From Gammaproteobacteria bacterium (GTDB taxonomy: Bacteria; Pseudomonadota; Gammaproteobacteria; Eutrophobiales; Eutrophobiaceae): a stretch of 64,000 nt of DNA. The notes under the pieces are model-generated. The model was not told the origin of the DNA, did not search any database, and saw only the letters and a program-made list of their open reading frames with translations. Below, piece by piece: positions 1-8,153 of this stretch; the stretch's first letter is position 1; each line of letters begins with the position of its first letter. The stretch covers positions 1,312,001-1,376,000 of the forward strand of contig OZ244905.1 in the NCBI GenBank assembly GCA_965221695.1, given 5' to 3'. Both the position numbers and the translations under genes were made by a program.

Positions 1-1
1 C

Positions 2-127
2 AGCATCAGGGATTTTATCAACGAATTCCACTGCCCCTACGGCATCGTCATCAACAATGATGAAAAACTCAGAGTTTACGACGAAAAATTATTCGGCATA
101 CCTTTCCCGCTGTTGATTGCCGGCTGA
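2..127 (+). CDS. 3' end of a CDS running off the window; possibly an AAA+ ATPase/DUF4143-type protein
   Basis: Frame 2 reads SIRDFINEFHCPYGIVINNDEKLRVYDEKLFGIPFPLLIAG*; this tail resembles the C-termini of DUF4143 ATPases (inference). Confidence 0.45.
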   Translation, partial: SIRDFINEFHCPYGIVINNDEKLRVYDEKLFGIPFPLLIAG

Positions 128-161
128 AAGGATACTCCACAGCCTTATCTTTAATTTCACT

Positions 162-185
162 TAAGGAACCTCTGAGATTAACTCT
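162..185. repeat. F1 element, single terminal half-site
   Basis: TAAGGAACCTCTGAGATTAACTC matches the F1 end (compare TAAGGAACCTCTGAAATTAAGTC at 6781). Confidence 0.65.
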
Positions 186-201
186 CACTTGTGTCCGCCA
201 A

Positions 202-444
202 TCAGTAGGCCGGAGTGTGTCGGACATGGTCGGAAACCAGCAGAGGTAGAGGGACATCAATCATGAGTGCGCCGGAATCTTCAGCAGCCTGTAGCACAGA
301 GGATGCTTGTCGTGAGCCTAAACTGGCGTATTCTTTGTCAGGTTTGAAACCCAGTTCTTTCAGCGCCTCTGAAAGAACCCCTCTCTCATAGCAGGATTCA
401 ATAAAAAGCTGGATTGCCTCAAGATCTGGGTTATGCATGGCCAT
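202..444 (-). CDS. hypothetical protein, divergent from the XRE gene
   Basis: ORF 202..474; ATG at 444 follows an AGGA-like RBS; no recognisable motif. Confidence 0.4.
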   Translation of the reverse strand: MAMHNPDLEAIQLFIESCYERGVLSEALKELGFKPDKEYASLGSRQASSVLQAAEDSGALMIDVPLPLLVSDHVRHTPAY

Positions 445-531
445 TATCGTTATCCTAATTTTGAGTATACCCATAGGAGTATCTGTTCCTCAATGCTTAT
501 GGATTAGGTTCGTTAGAAAATTGATTCTATC

Positions 532-641
532 ATGTCATTGAATCTCATCAATGTCTTATATTACCCATTATTAATATGATATGTCATCATAATGTCATTT
601 TATTTATATACTTTTATCATGTATTATTATAAATATGTCAT
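532..641. promoter_or_regulatory. AT-rich divergent promoter region with repeated ATGTCAT (putative operators)
   Basis: ATGTCAT at 532, 581, 592 and 635; ATGTCTT at 551. Confidence 0.45.
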
Positions 642-663
642 TAATATATCAAAGGTGAATTGT

Positions 664-1617
664 ATGAAAATCGATCCAAAATCCTTGAAACAATTGCGTA
701 ACTCGAAATCCTGGTCTCGAGCAAAACTTGCGGAGTTGTCACATGTATCAGAACGACAAATTGCGCGAATTGAAGCTTCTAAGACAAATTGTGATGTGCG
801 CGAAGCTACGCTTAAACGGTTAGCCAATACTTTGAAAGTAGAACAGGAGGCACTCACTGGAGAAAAACCACCGAGTCTCCCCTCATCTCGCCCGACTACA
901 GATGTTCAAATAAATTCTAAGATCAGCTCAGAGGTGATTCTTGCATTCGATTTAGTGGGTCTTCGATATGGGGCGAGCCACAAAGATTTGATTGTGTTGG
1001 CCCCACTGCTTTTCACATTATTAGCAGAAGGAAGTCTCGCTTGGCGTCGTAAACATCTTGGCGAGGTAGATGAAAAAATGGAAGAGCTGAAAGCGCTAAG
1101 CAATGAATACAAGCAACTTTATTTTGCTAAACACTTTCCGGATCTTGAGCATGGTCTTTGGGCTGAACAGGAATCAATTGAAAAAGCTGATCTAATCGGC
1201 AATATATTAAGGACGAGGAACGACAGTAACCTAGGTTTTGCTGATGTTGACGATCTATATGCAGTCACACCTTTTGCGGATTACTTATGTAAGTTCGCCG
1301 CTGATCTGGAAATTTCCGGTGTAGTCGATTTTGAAAATGTAGCCGATCTTGGAGATGAGAACGAATTTGGAGACGGAGTCGGTTATTTTGATGACATCTG
1401 GGGAGTTGAACCATATCAGGTTTGTCGGGACCAGCTAAAGGAAATCACAGGCGGTTCCGAAAAGGCTAAATCGGCATTACAAACCGGTAACGTGCGTTTA
1501 TCTGATATTCCAAAGGAATTGATGACAGAGCAGGCTAAGGAACAACGAATAGCCTGGCTGGAAGGTAAATATAAACCTATAGACTTATCCAAATTATTGG
1601 AGGCGCCATTAGCATGA
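664..1617 (+). CDS. XRE-family HTH protein with a long uncharacterised C-terminal region
   Basis: LKQLRNSKSWSRAKLAELSHVSERQIARIE is an HTH_3-type motif; ATG 664 preferred over 592. Confidence 0.8.
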   Translation: MKIDPKSLKQLRNSKSWSRAKLAELSHVSERQIARIEASKTNCDVREATLKRLANTLKVEQEALTGEKPPSLPSSRPTTDVQINSKISSEVILAFDLVGLRYGASHKDLIVLAPLLFTLLAEGSLAWRRKHLGEVDEKMEELKALSNEYKQLYFAKHFPDLEHGLWAEQESIEKADLIGNILRTRNDSNLGFADVDDLYAVTPFADYLCKFAADLEISGVVDFENVADLGDENEFGDGVGYFDDIWGVEPYQVCRDQLKEITGGSEKAKSALQTGNVRLSDIPKELMTEQAKEQRIAWLEGKYKPIDLSKLLEAPLA

Positions 1618-1844
1618 AGAAGCAAAAGATAGAGCCTACTGATCATGCTGTGTTGCGGTATCTGGAGCGGATCATAGGTATTGACGTTGAAAATTATCGT
1701 AACAACCTTATTCAGGATTTGAATACAGCGCCGAGGGTGCAAAAGGTCATGGATTTTGTAGGAAATAGCAAATTTAAACTCACGAGAAACGGAGTTATCT
1801 ATCGTCTCCGTGATGGTAAGATTATCACCTGCTATCCAGATTAG
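1614..1844 (+). CDS. small basic protein, possibly RelE/BrnT/DUF4258-like
   Basis: ATGA overlap with the XRE stop; TDHAVLRYLER at the N-terminus, IITCY at the C-terminus. Confidence 0.6.
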   Translation: MKKQKIEPTDHAVLRYLERIIGIDVENYRNNLIQDLNTAPRVQKVMDFVGNSKFKLTRNGVIYRLRDGKIITCYPD

Positions 1845-2046
1845 TATCACAAATATCCTTTGATTGACTGAAGGTAAGGCCTCCAGAATGTATATCGATT
1901 CCTGTTGTTTTCTTACGTGAGCGGCTTGCCGGCGGTATTGACGCCAGAAAATTTACACGCCGCAATGAGCAGTTGTTAAGATTTCCCTTGGATATTTGAT
2001 GTATGATGTTTGATGATATGTAAATCAATCCAATTGGTGATCTACA

Positions 2047-2295
2047 GTGCGCACAACTTTAAATATCGATAATGAATTGCTTATTGCGGTCAAGGAGCTA
2101 GCACATCGGGAACAAAAAACGGCCGGGTTGGTTGTGTCAGAATTACTGCGCCAGGCTTTGCAGGCACGTTTGGAACATGCGCGAGGAAAAACAGCCTCAC
2201 ACCGGGATATTTACGGGTTTCAACCTGTTCCTTCCCGCGGCAATATAGTGACTAACCAGTACATTAACCATCTCCGGGAGGAAGTCGGCGATTAA
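2047..2295 (+). CDS. vapB: VapB-type ribbon-helix-helix antitoxin
   Basis: MRTTLNIDNELLIAVKELA N-terminus; directly upstream of a PIN toxin. Confidence 0.85.
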   Translation: MRTTLNIDNELLIAVKELAHREQKTAGLVVSELLRQALQARLEHARGKTASHRDIYGFQPVPSRGNIVTNQYINHLREEVGD

Positions 2296-2299
2296 CTCC

Positions 2300-2728
2300 A
2301 TGCGTTCACTGCTGGATATTAATGTATTGATCGCGCTTTTCGACGAGGACCACACGCACCATGCTGCTGCATCAGCGTGGTTGGAAGAACACATCAGCGA
2401 TGGTTGGGCTTCCTGTCCGCTGACTCAAAATGGCTGCATTCGGATTATGTCGCAACCCCGCTATCCTAACACGGTCCCTGTTGCTGACATTGTAACGAGG
2501 CTGCAGAAAGCAGTTTCTACCGGGTATCACCGTTTCGTCCCGGATAATGTCAGTATTCTGAATTCTGACATCATTAACCACAACCGCCTGTTAAGCCCAC
2601 GCCAGATTACTGATAATTACCTGATAGCTCTTGCGGTGGAAAATGAGTGCCGGTTTGTCACTTTTGACCGCTCAATTGCATTCGACATTGTAAAACAGGC
2701 GAGTTCAATGTCATTGATTGTGATCTGA
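2300..2728 (+). CDS. vapC: VapC PIN-domain ribonuclease toxin
   Basis: LLDINVLIAL ... ITDNYLIALA ... FVTFD PIN acidic motifs. Confidence 0.9.
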   Translation: MRSLLDINVLIALFDEDHTHHAAASAWLEEHISDGWASCPLTQNGCIRIMSQPRYPNTVPVADIVTRLQKAVSTGYHRFVPDNVSILNSDIINHNRLLSPRQITDNYLIALAVENECRFVTFDRSIAFDIVKQASSMSLIVI

Positions 2729-2832
2729 CATCGTATTATACAATTCACACCAGAACATTTGGCATCGTTCAGTATTTGTTCCATCGGTATAAATCATGAG
2801 ACAGGGCCCTTCTCGTCAACAATTCAGACGAA

Positions 2833-3384
2833 ATGCTGGTTGATCTTATTATTGATAAAGTGAAGGAGATCAGTAATGGAAAACACATTGCTAAAAAGGG
2901 ACATGTAGTTGATTTTTTGAAGAGACTAAAGGAGCAGCGACCTAAAGAGCCTACCAAACGAGAAGCAGATATTGATCGAGAAACAGGCCCACAAGAAAAA
3001 GTAAAATATCGGTATAAGCTTAATGGTCAAATTCATCCAGCCAAGTATGGTAAAGACGTTTACGTCCAGGCTCTGGATTATGTTTTCGTGAAATATGACC
3101 GATTTAAGGAAATTAAACTTCAAAAGTTCAATAAAAGCGGTAACCTTGGTACGCGATACCAAATGTCCGAACAACCCGATGAAGTTGTTATGGAAATGAA
3201 GCATAAAACACAATTATCCGAAAGTAGAATATGGGTCAATACCTGTCTATCCGCAGATGGTAAGAGAGCAAAGCTGATTTCAGTGGGCAAGTTCTATCAA
3301 CAATTTGAGGGGAGAAAAATCCTGGGCGAATGGGGAAGTGGCGCTGAAGTGGAGTTCGATATTCCAACGAAAACATCTGATTGA
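2833..3384 (+). CDS. hypothetical protein; probable C-terminal remnant with a SeqA-like DNA-binding region
   Basis: AT-rich 183-aa ORF with no clear RBS; IWVNTCLSADGK resembles the SeqA C-terminal WVxTN motif (inference). Confidence 0.45.
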   Translation: MLVDLIIDKVKEISNGKHIAKKGHVVDFLKRLKEQRPKEPTKREADIDRETGPQEKVKYRYKLNGQIHPAKYGKDVYVQALDYVFVKYDRFKEIKLQKFNKSGNLGTRYQMSEQPDEVVMEMKHKTQLSESRIWVNTCLSADGKRAKLISVGKFYQQFEGRKILGEWGSGAEVEFDIPTKTSD

Positions 3385-3532
3385 CGCTGACAACGGTAGC
3401 TTAGGTTATTTATCAACGCAGTTAAGTACGCCGAGAGGCTGATACAAAATTGACGCGGGCGGGACACCTGCTCTCCCAGGGGGATATGAGGGCGGCGCTT
3501 GTTTTCAGGGACGGGTTGGGCTGGCTTTTTGT

Positions 3533-4408
3533 TTATTTCGCTTGTAGCACCTCCTGGCAGGCAGCCGGTAGGTCGGCCATCATGATTTCGGGGGGTGGTT
3601 CTTCAGGCGCTGGCGGGTAGAGCGCTTCGTCGGTGAACCACCAGTCCAGTTCTGCATCGCAGCCATTGCCTTCTGGGGGTGGTTCCTGGCTGATACAAGC
3701 GCCTGCGTCCGGACAGTGCAAGCGCACGTGGAAATGGGAATCGTGGCCCCACCAGGGGCGCACCTTGCGTAGCCAGCCGGTATCGTTTTCATCTCTGTCG
3801 TCGCACAAGCGGCGTTTGATCGCCGCGTTCACAAAGATGCGAGCCACGGCTTTGTCCCGCGCCGCGGCCTTGATGACCCGGGAATGCCCATCGGTCCAGG
3901 TGTTGTTCACTTGCAGCCGGTTTGCCGCGACCAGGGAGGGAGAGTTTATTTGTTCGCGTTCTGCCTGACTCAATGCCAGGCTGTCCGGCGGGCGCAGCCA
4001 GATGTCGGCATCGAGACCGATCTGGTGCGAACGGTGGCTGGATATCATTGGTCCGCCCCGGGGTTGGCTGATATCGCCCACGTAAAGTCCCGACCAGCCG
4101 GCGGACTGGGCTGCGCGGGACAGCCGCTCGATGAATGCAATCATATCAGGATGGCCCCAGTTGCGATTGCGGGACAGCCGCATCGCCTGCCAGCCAGGGC
4201 CTGATTCGGGCAGTTGCGCGGCGCCGGCGAGACACCCAGCCGCATAGCCGCCAAACGGCGCGCTGGCGCCGTCTGTCGGCGTTGCCAGCCCGCTGAAGAT
4301 GAACTTGGCTGGCTGCCCGTTCTGCGCGCCGGCGTTGAATGGCAGAATAAGACCAGTAGCGAGAACCAGCCAAACGAATATGTTCGAATTTATGCAGGTT
4401 CCTATCAT
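3533..4408 (-). CDS. mepA: penicillin-insensitive murein endopeptidase
   Basis: SRNRNWGHP, GDISQPRGG, HRSHQIGLDAD, WWGHDSHFHVR; signal peptide. Confidence 0.93.
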   Translation of the reverse strand: MIGTCINSNIFVWLVLATGLILPFNAGAQNGQPAKFIFSGLATPTDGASAPFGGYAAGCLAGAAQLPESGPGWQAMRLSRNRNWGHPDMIAFIERLSRAAQSAGWSGLYVGDISQPRGGPMISSHRSHQIGLDADIWLRPPDSLALSQAEREQINSPSLVAANRLQVNNTWTDGHSRVIKAAARDKAVARIFVNAAIKRRLCDDRDENDTGWLRKVRPWWGHDSHFHVRLHCPDAGACISQEPPPEGNGCDAELDWWFTDEALYPPAPEEPPPEIMMADLPAACQEVLQAK

Positions 4409-4830
4409 TCCGGGGTGAATTCGCTCATACTGGGTGGATAAGTGTCGTATTTCGGCAAGTCATCGTTTATATCGCACCAGCTAGCCTTTGACTGCCAAAA
4501 CATATGCATCGCTTCTCCGATCTCAATTTCCCCGTCCAGGGTGGCGGCGGTAGCAGCAAGCGCTTTGCCGCCGTTGATCTCTGCAACCAGGGCCGAGCCG
4601 CACACATTACAGAACAGCCTGGCTGAGTGAGAGCTTGACTGGTAGCGGCCGAGTAGTTCCTCCCCTTCCAGCCAGGTAAAACGCTCCGGAGCTACCGGCT
4701 CAATGTAGGTGCCGAATGCGGCGCCGTGATATTTCTGGCAAAAGGCACAATGACAATGATCGATATCATCGGATGTTGTATGCACTTCATAGCGGATTTT
4801 CCCGCAAAGACAGCTACCTTGGGCTTTCAT
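4405..4830 (-). CDS. GFA/CENP-V family protein
   Basis: GSCLCG, HCHCAFCQK, FCNVCGS zinc motifs. Confidence 0.9.
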   Translation of the reverse strand: MKAQGSCLCGKIRYEVHTTSDDIDHCHCAFCQKYHGAAFGTYIEPVAPERFTWLEGEELLGRYQSSSHSARLFCNVCGSALVAEINGGKALAATAATLDGEIEIGEAMHMFWQSKASWCDINDDLPKYDTYPPSMSEFTPE

Positions 4831-4925
4831 GGGGACCTCCGGTCAGGTTGATTTGATATCTCATAATACACCGCGCGAGACTGCGAGGGATATTATGCCC
4901 TAATCTGTATTCCCCATCGGAAATT

Positions 4926-5154
4926 AAAGGAAACTCTGAACAAGTCCATCCTGGACTTGCCAGAGTACGAAAAACAAAAATGCGATTTTTGTTTTCCTCA
5001 CAATATCAATGCCTTACAGTCATTGATATTGATGTGCACCTTCCATGGCGCACACCCTTCGGGCATCCTTCGGATGTCCAAATCCGCTCCAGGCGGATTT
5101 GTGACGATACATCCTTGTATCGTAGGAACCTCTGACTTAATCAGAGGTTCCTTA
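4926..5154 (+). mobile_element. F1 MITE-like element, long form (~229 bp)
   Basis: GGAAACTCTGA...TCAGAGGTTCCTTA ends with consecutive internal hairpins; near-identical inverted copy at 24028-24255. Confidence 0.9.
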
Positions 5155-5157
5155 AGA

Positions 5158-6777
5158 TTACCCTTTGCGCATCTCCTTGAAACCTGCCACAAATCGGCTC
5201 AAGGTCTTGGACATGAGGCCGCGTGCCAGGTGGATGTCGATGAGTTGGAAGCAGGATTCGTCCGCGAAGGCGCGGTCCAGCGCGGCGTGCAGCGCGCGCT
5301 TTGTGCTGGCCGTCTGCCCGCTTCCGCCCAGGGTGTTCGCCAACGCGGCATAGTCCAACATGTCCAGATCGTTGAATGCGGACTCCGGTTGAAATGCCCG
5401 CAGCATCTCCCAACTGCTGTTGTTGAACACCAGCACGATGGGGTTCCAGCCGTAACGCTTGCAGTTGAGCAGTTCCATACCGGTCATCTGGAACGCCCCG
5501 TCGCCCACCAGGATGAGCGGGCGGCGGCCTGTTGCGGCCTGCACTCCCAGGCCGGACGGCACGCCGTAGCCCATGGTCGCGTAATACCCCGGCGCCACCA
5601 GTTCTGTGTACTCCATCTCCATGGTTGTAAACAGGCAATCGCCCATGTCCGAGGCGATGGGCAAAGGGCCGTAGCGGTGGAACATATCGTTCACTGCGGT
5701 AGCGATGTCGGTGGGCGTGACAGGGGTATCCGTCAATTCCAGTCCTTTCGGATAGTCAAACCGGACACCCTCCTGTTGCGGCCGGTCCGGCAACTTGCGG
5801 TTCAAGGCCAGTACCAGTTCCTGCAATGGTATGTTCTGATACACATGAAAGCCCAGGGATACGGAACCGTCACAGGCCAGGACGGTTTTTCTGAGATCGA
5901 TCTTCTTTTCGGAAATGCCGAAGTTGGTATCGGACAACAGGACACCCAGCAGGAACAGCCCGTCGGATGACTCGACCAGGTCGGTCAGGGACTGCTCACC
6001 GGCAATCCCCATGTACGTGCCCCTGAGGTCCACCGGCTGTCCTGCGAGCAGGCCCTTGCCCATGAATGTCGTAACGACGGGTATGCCCAGTTTGCGACTC
6101 AGCAGCGCTACTTCCTGTTCCAGCCCGTAACGGCGGATTTCCACGCCCACCATCAGCGCCGGGGAGCGGGCCCGTTCCAGGGCTTCGATGATCTCATCGG
6201 CGCACGCGTCCAGGGCATCGGCATCACACTCACTGGTCAGCGGCAATACGGGCACGGGGTCACAGGGTTCGAATACCTGGTCCCTCGGCGCTTCGATATA
6301 TACGGGGCGGGATTCGATGATGCAGTTCCTGAGCGCCCTTGCGATCTGCGCCGGCGCCTGCCCAACATCCTCCAGGACCACCTGGTCGCAGGTCACTTCC
6401 TTGTACACCTGTACCTGGGAGTTGAGTTGCCTGGCCTGGTGATGCACCAGCAAGCCGGTGGACTTGTCCGCCCTGCCCGGCCCGCCGGAAATGACAATGA
6501 CCGGCGACTTTTCCGCATACGCGGCCGCAACCGGGTTCACCATGTTAAGCGCACCGGCGCCGTAGGTCACCGCGGCCACGGACGGCCTGGTATGAAAGCG
6601 GGCCGCGGCATCGGCAGCAAAGCCGACCGCAGGTTCATGGCTCAAGGTGTACAACGGCAGGATGTTGCTCTCTTCGATAACCTTGAACAACGGCAGCGCG
6701 AAATCGCCGGGGATGCCGAAGATCTCTTTGACGCCGTAGGCTTTCAGGGCCTTGAGTAAATGTTCCGCAAGATTCAA
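5158..6777 (-). CDS. ipdC: indolepyruvate/phenylpyruvate decarboxylase (TPP-dependent)
   Basis: FGIPGDFALP, SHEPAVGFAAD, GDGAFQMTG...NN TPP motif; TTG start. Confidence 0.9.
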   Translation of the reverse strand: MNLAEHLLKALKAYGVKEIFGIPGDFALPLFKVIEESNILPLYTLSHEPAVGFAADAAARFHTRPSVAAVTYGAGALNMVNPVAAAYAEKSPVIVISGGPGRADKSTGLLVHHQARQLNSQVQVYKEVTCDQVVLEDVGQAPAQIARALRNCIIESRPVYIEAPRDQVFEPCDPVPVLPLTSECDADALDACADEIIEALERARSPALMVGVEIRRYGLEQEVALLSRKLGIPVVTTFMGKGLLAGQPVDLRGTYMGIAGEQSLTDLVESSDGLFLLGVLLSDTNFGISEKKIDLRKTVLACDGSVSLGFHVYQNIPLQELVLALNRKLPDRPQQEGVRFDYPKGLELTDTPVTPTDIATAVNDMFHRYGPLPIASDMGDCLFTTMEMEYTELVAPGYYATMGYGVPSGLGVQAATGRRPLILVGDGAFQMTGMELLNCKRYGWNPIVLVFNNSSWEMLRAFQPESAFNDLDMLDYAALANTLGGSGQTASTKRALHAALDRAFADESCFQLIDIHLARGLMSKTLSRFVAGFKEMRKG

Positions 6778-6780
6778 ATT

Positions 6781-6860
6781 TAAGGAACCTCTGAAATTAA
6801 GTCGGAGGTTCCAACGGTACAGGGATAGGTCGTCAAAATCAATGACAATATGTCATTGAT
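6781..6860 (-). mobile_element. F1 element, degenerate partial copy (right-end hairpins)
   Basis: TAAGGAACCTCTGAAATTAAGTCGGAGGTTCCAACGGTACAGGGATAGGTCGTCAAAATCAATGAC matches the reverse complement of the F1 right part. Confidence 0.8.
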
Positions 6861-8142
6861 TTTTTGGGTAAAACAAAAATTTCTTATTCCCTGGAATGTA
6901 AGATAAAAATACGTAAATGGAAAAACCAACAACAATTGCATCTATGGCAGGAACGGTTGTAAATACAATCATCTTGCTATCGGACAGGTAACCTGCTACT
7001 GAACCCAGAATCCAGGCCAGAAACGCTATGGGATTATATCGGCGAGCGCGTTGCAATGCTTCGTCAGTATAACGCTGTTTGTTTAACCAAAAATAGTCCG
7101 CCAGGTAGACACCGGCAACAGGCGGTATCATGAAAGCAAGAAATTTCAGGAAATAAAGAAAGTTATCCAGTATCGGCAACATGGCTATCAACGTACCCGC
7201 AAAACCGACGACAATGACCAACTTCCATTTCGCCACTGTCTCCGCGATGGTTGCAAAGACCAAGGACGCGGAATAAAGGTTATAAGCATTAGTGGTCCAG
7301 GTAGCCAACAGTAATAACGTAAGACCAGGCACACCCAGGCCGACTATAAGGATCACTTTCAAAAAGTTTGCTTCAGCAGTGGCGACGACCGGTATTGCGG
7401 CAAGTAATAAAATTACAGGCACTCCGAGCCCGAAACTCAGTGACGCCGCTTGAACAGCATCGGTAGATGAACGAGCATAACGACAAACATCGGGAAACAT
7501 GGTCGTAGCAACAATAAACCCACCAATTCCGGCAGAAATCCCTTCGGTGAGCTCCATTGTCGCCTCATGATCAAAGTTCAATCCAAAAGAAGTGGCTGCC
7601 ACGTAAACCAACCAGCCCAACAAGCACACCATGATCGGTACCGCCAGCTTGGATAAACGATCCAACCCTTTAAAGCCAAAAATGGCAATCGCAATCATTA
7701 ATCCTGACGCCATAATCAGATAGAAACGATGGCTTAATGGCTCCCCTCCCATGTCCCGCACTATCACCTCGACGGCGCGTGCAAACATATCAACGGTGGC
7801 GCCATACCACCCCAGCACGGTAATGCCAATAAATGCGCTGACAATTCTGGCGCCCGTATGGCCGAACGAATACTGGATGATAACCCAGGTTGTCAGTCGG
7901 GTACGTGCAGCGAGCACCCCGGTAGCGCCGGCAATAACAGACAATACGATACCTGCAATGAAAAAAGCCACAATAGCCTGCTTTAGTCCCAGGGCACTGG
8001 CCAGTTGCGCCCCCACCAGAAATACCGGCAGAGTAATAATAGCGCCTACAAGAACAACTGTGATCTTTAATCCGCTGACGGCTATCGAATCCGGCACGCG
8101 GTGGCGAGAGTAATCTTCAGTCAGTTTATCGAAATTTCGCAT
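6853..8142 (-). CDS. NCS1/CodB-like purine-cytosine permease
   Basis: 429-aa polytopic membrane protein; SFGHTGARIVS, GWYG, WTTNAYNLYS, PPVAGVYLADYF. Confidence 0.85.
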   Translation of the reverse strand: MRNFDKLTEDYSRHRVPDSIAVSGLKITVVLVGAIITLPVFLVGAQLASALGLKQAIVAFFIAGIVLSVIAGATGVLAARTRLTTWVIIQYSFGHTGARIVSAFIGITVLGWYGATVDMFARAVEVIVRDMGGEPLSHRFYLIMASGLMIAIAIFGFKGLDRLSKLAVPIMVCLLGWLVYVAATSFGLNFDHEATMELTEGISAGIGGFIVATTMFPDVCRYARSSTDAVQAASLSFGLGVPVILLLAAIPVVATAEANFLKVILIVGLGVPGLTLLLLATWTTNAYNLYSASLVFATIAETVAKWKLVIVVGFAGTLIAMLPILDNFLYFLKFLAFMIPPVAGVYLADYFWLNKQRYTDEALQRARRYNPIAFLAWILGSVAGYLSDSKMIVFTTVPAIDAIVVGFSIYVFLSYIPGNKKFLFYPKNQ

Positions 8143-8153
8143 CTGTATCGTGC

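Noticed and set aside
202-3384. Prophage or ICE
   Set aside because: No integrase, structural, replication or conjugation genes; only a small AT-rich TA patch
5033-5104. F1 central module as a tRNA
   Set aside because: No acceptor stem, D arm, GTTCRA T-loop or CCA end
4957-5970. 337-aa plus-strand ORF
   Set aside because: It begins in an F1 copy and then runs antisense to ipdC; a shadow ORF
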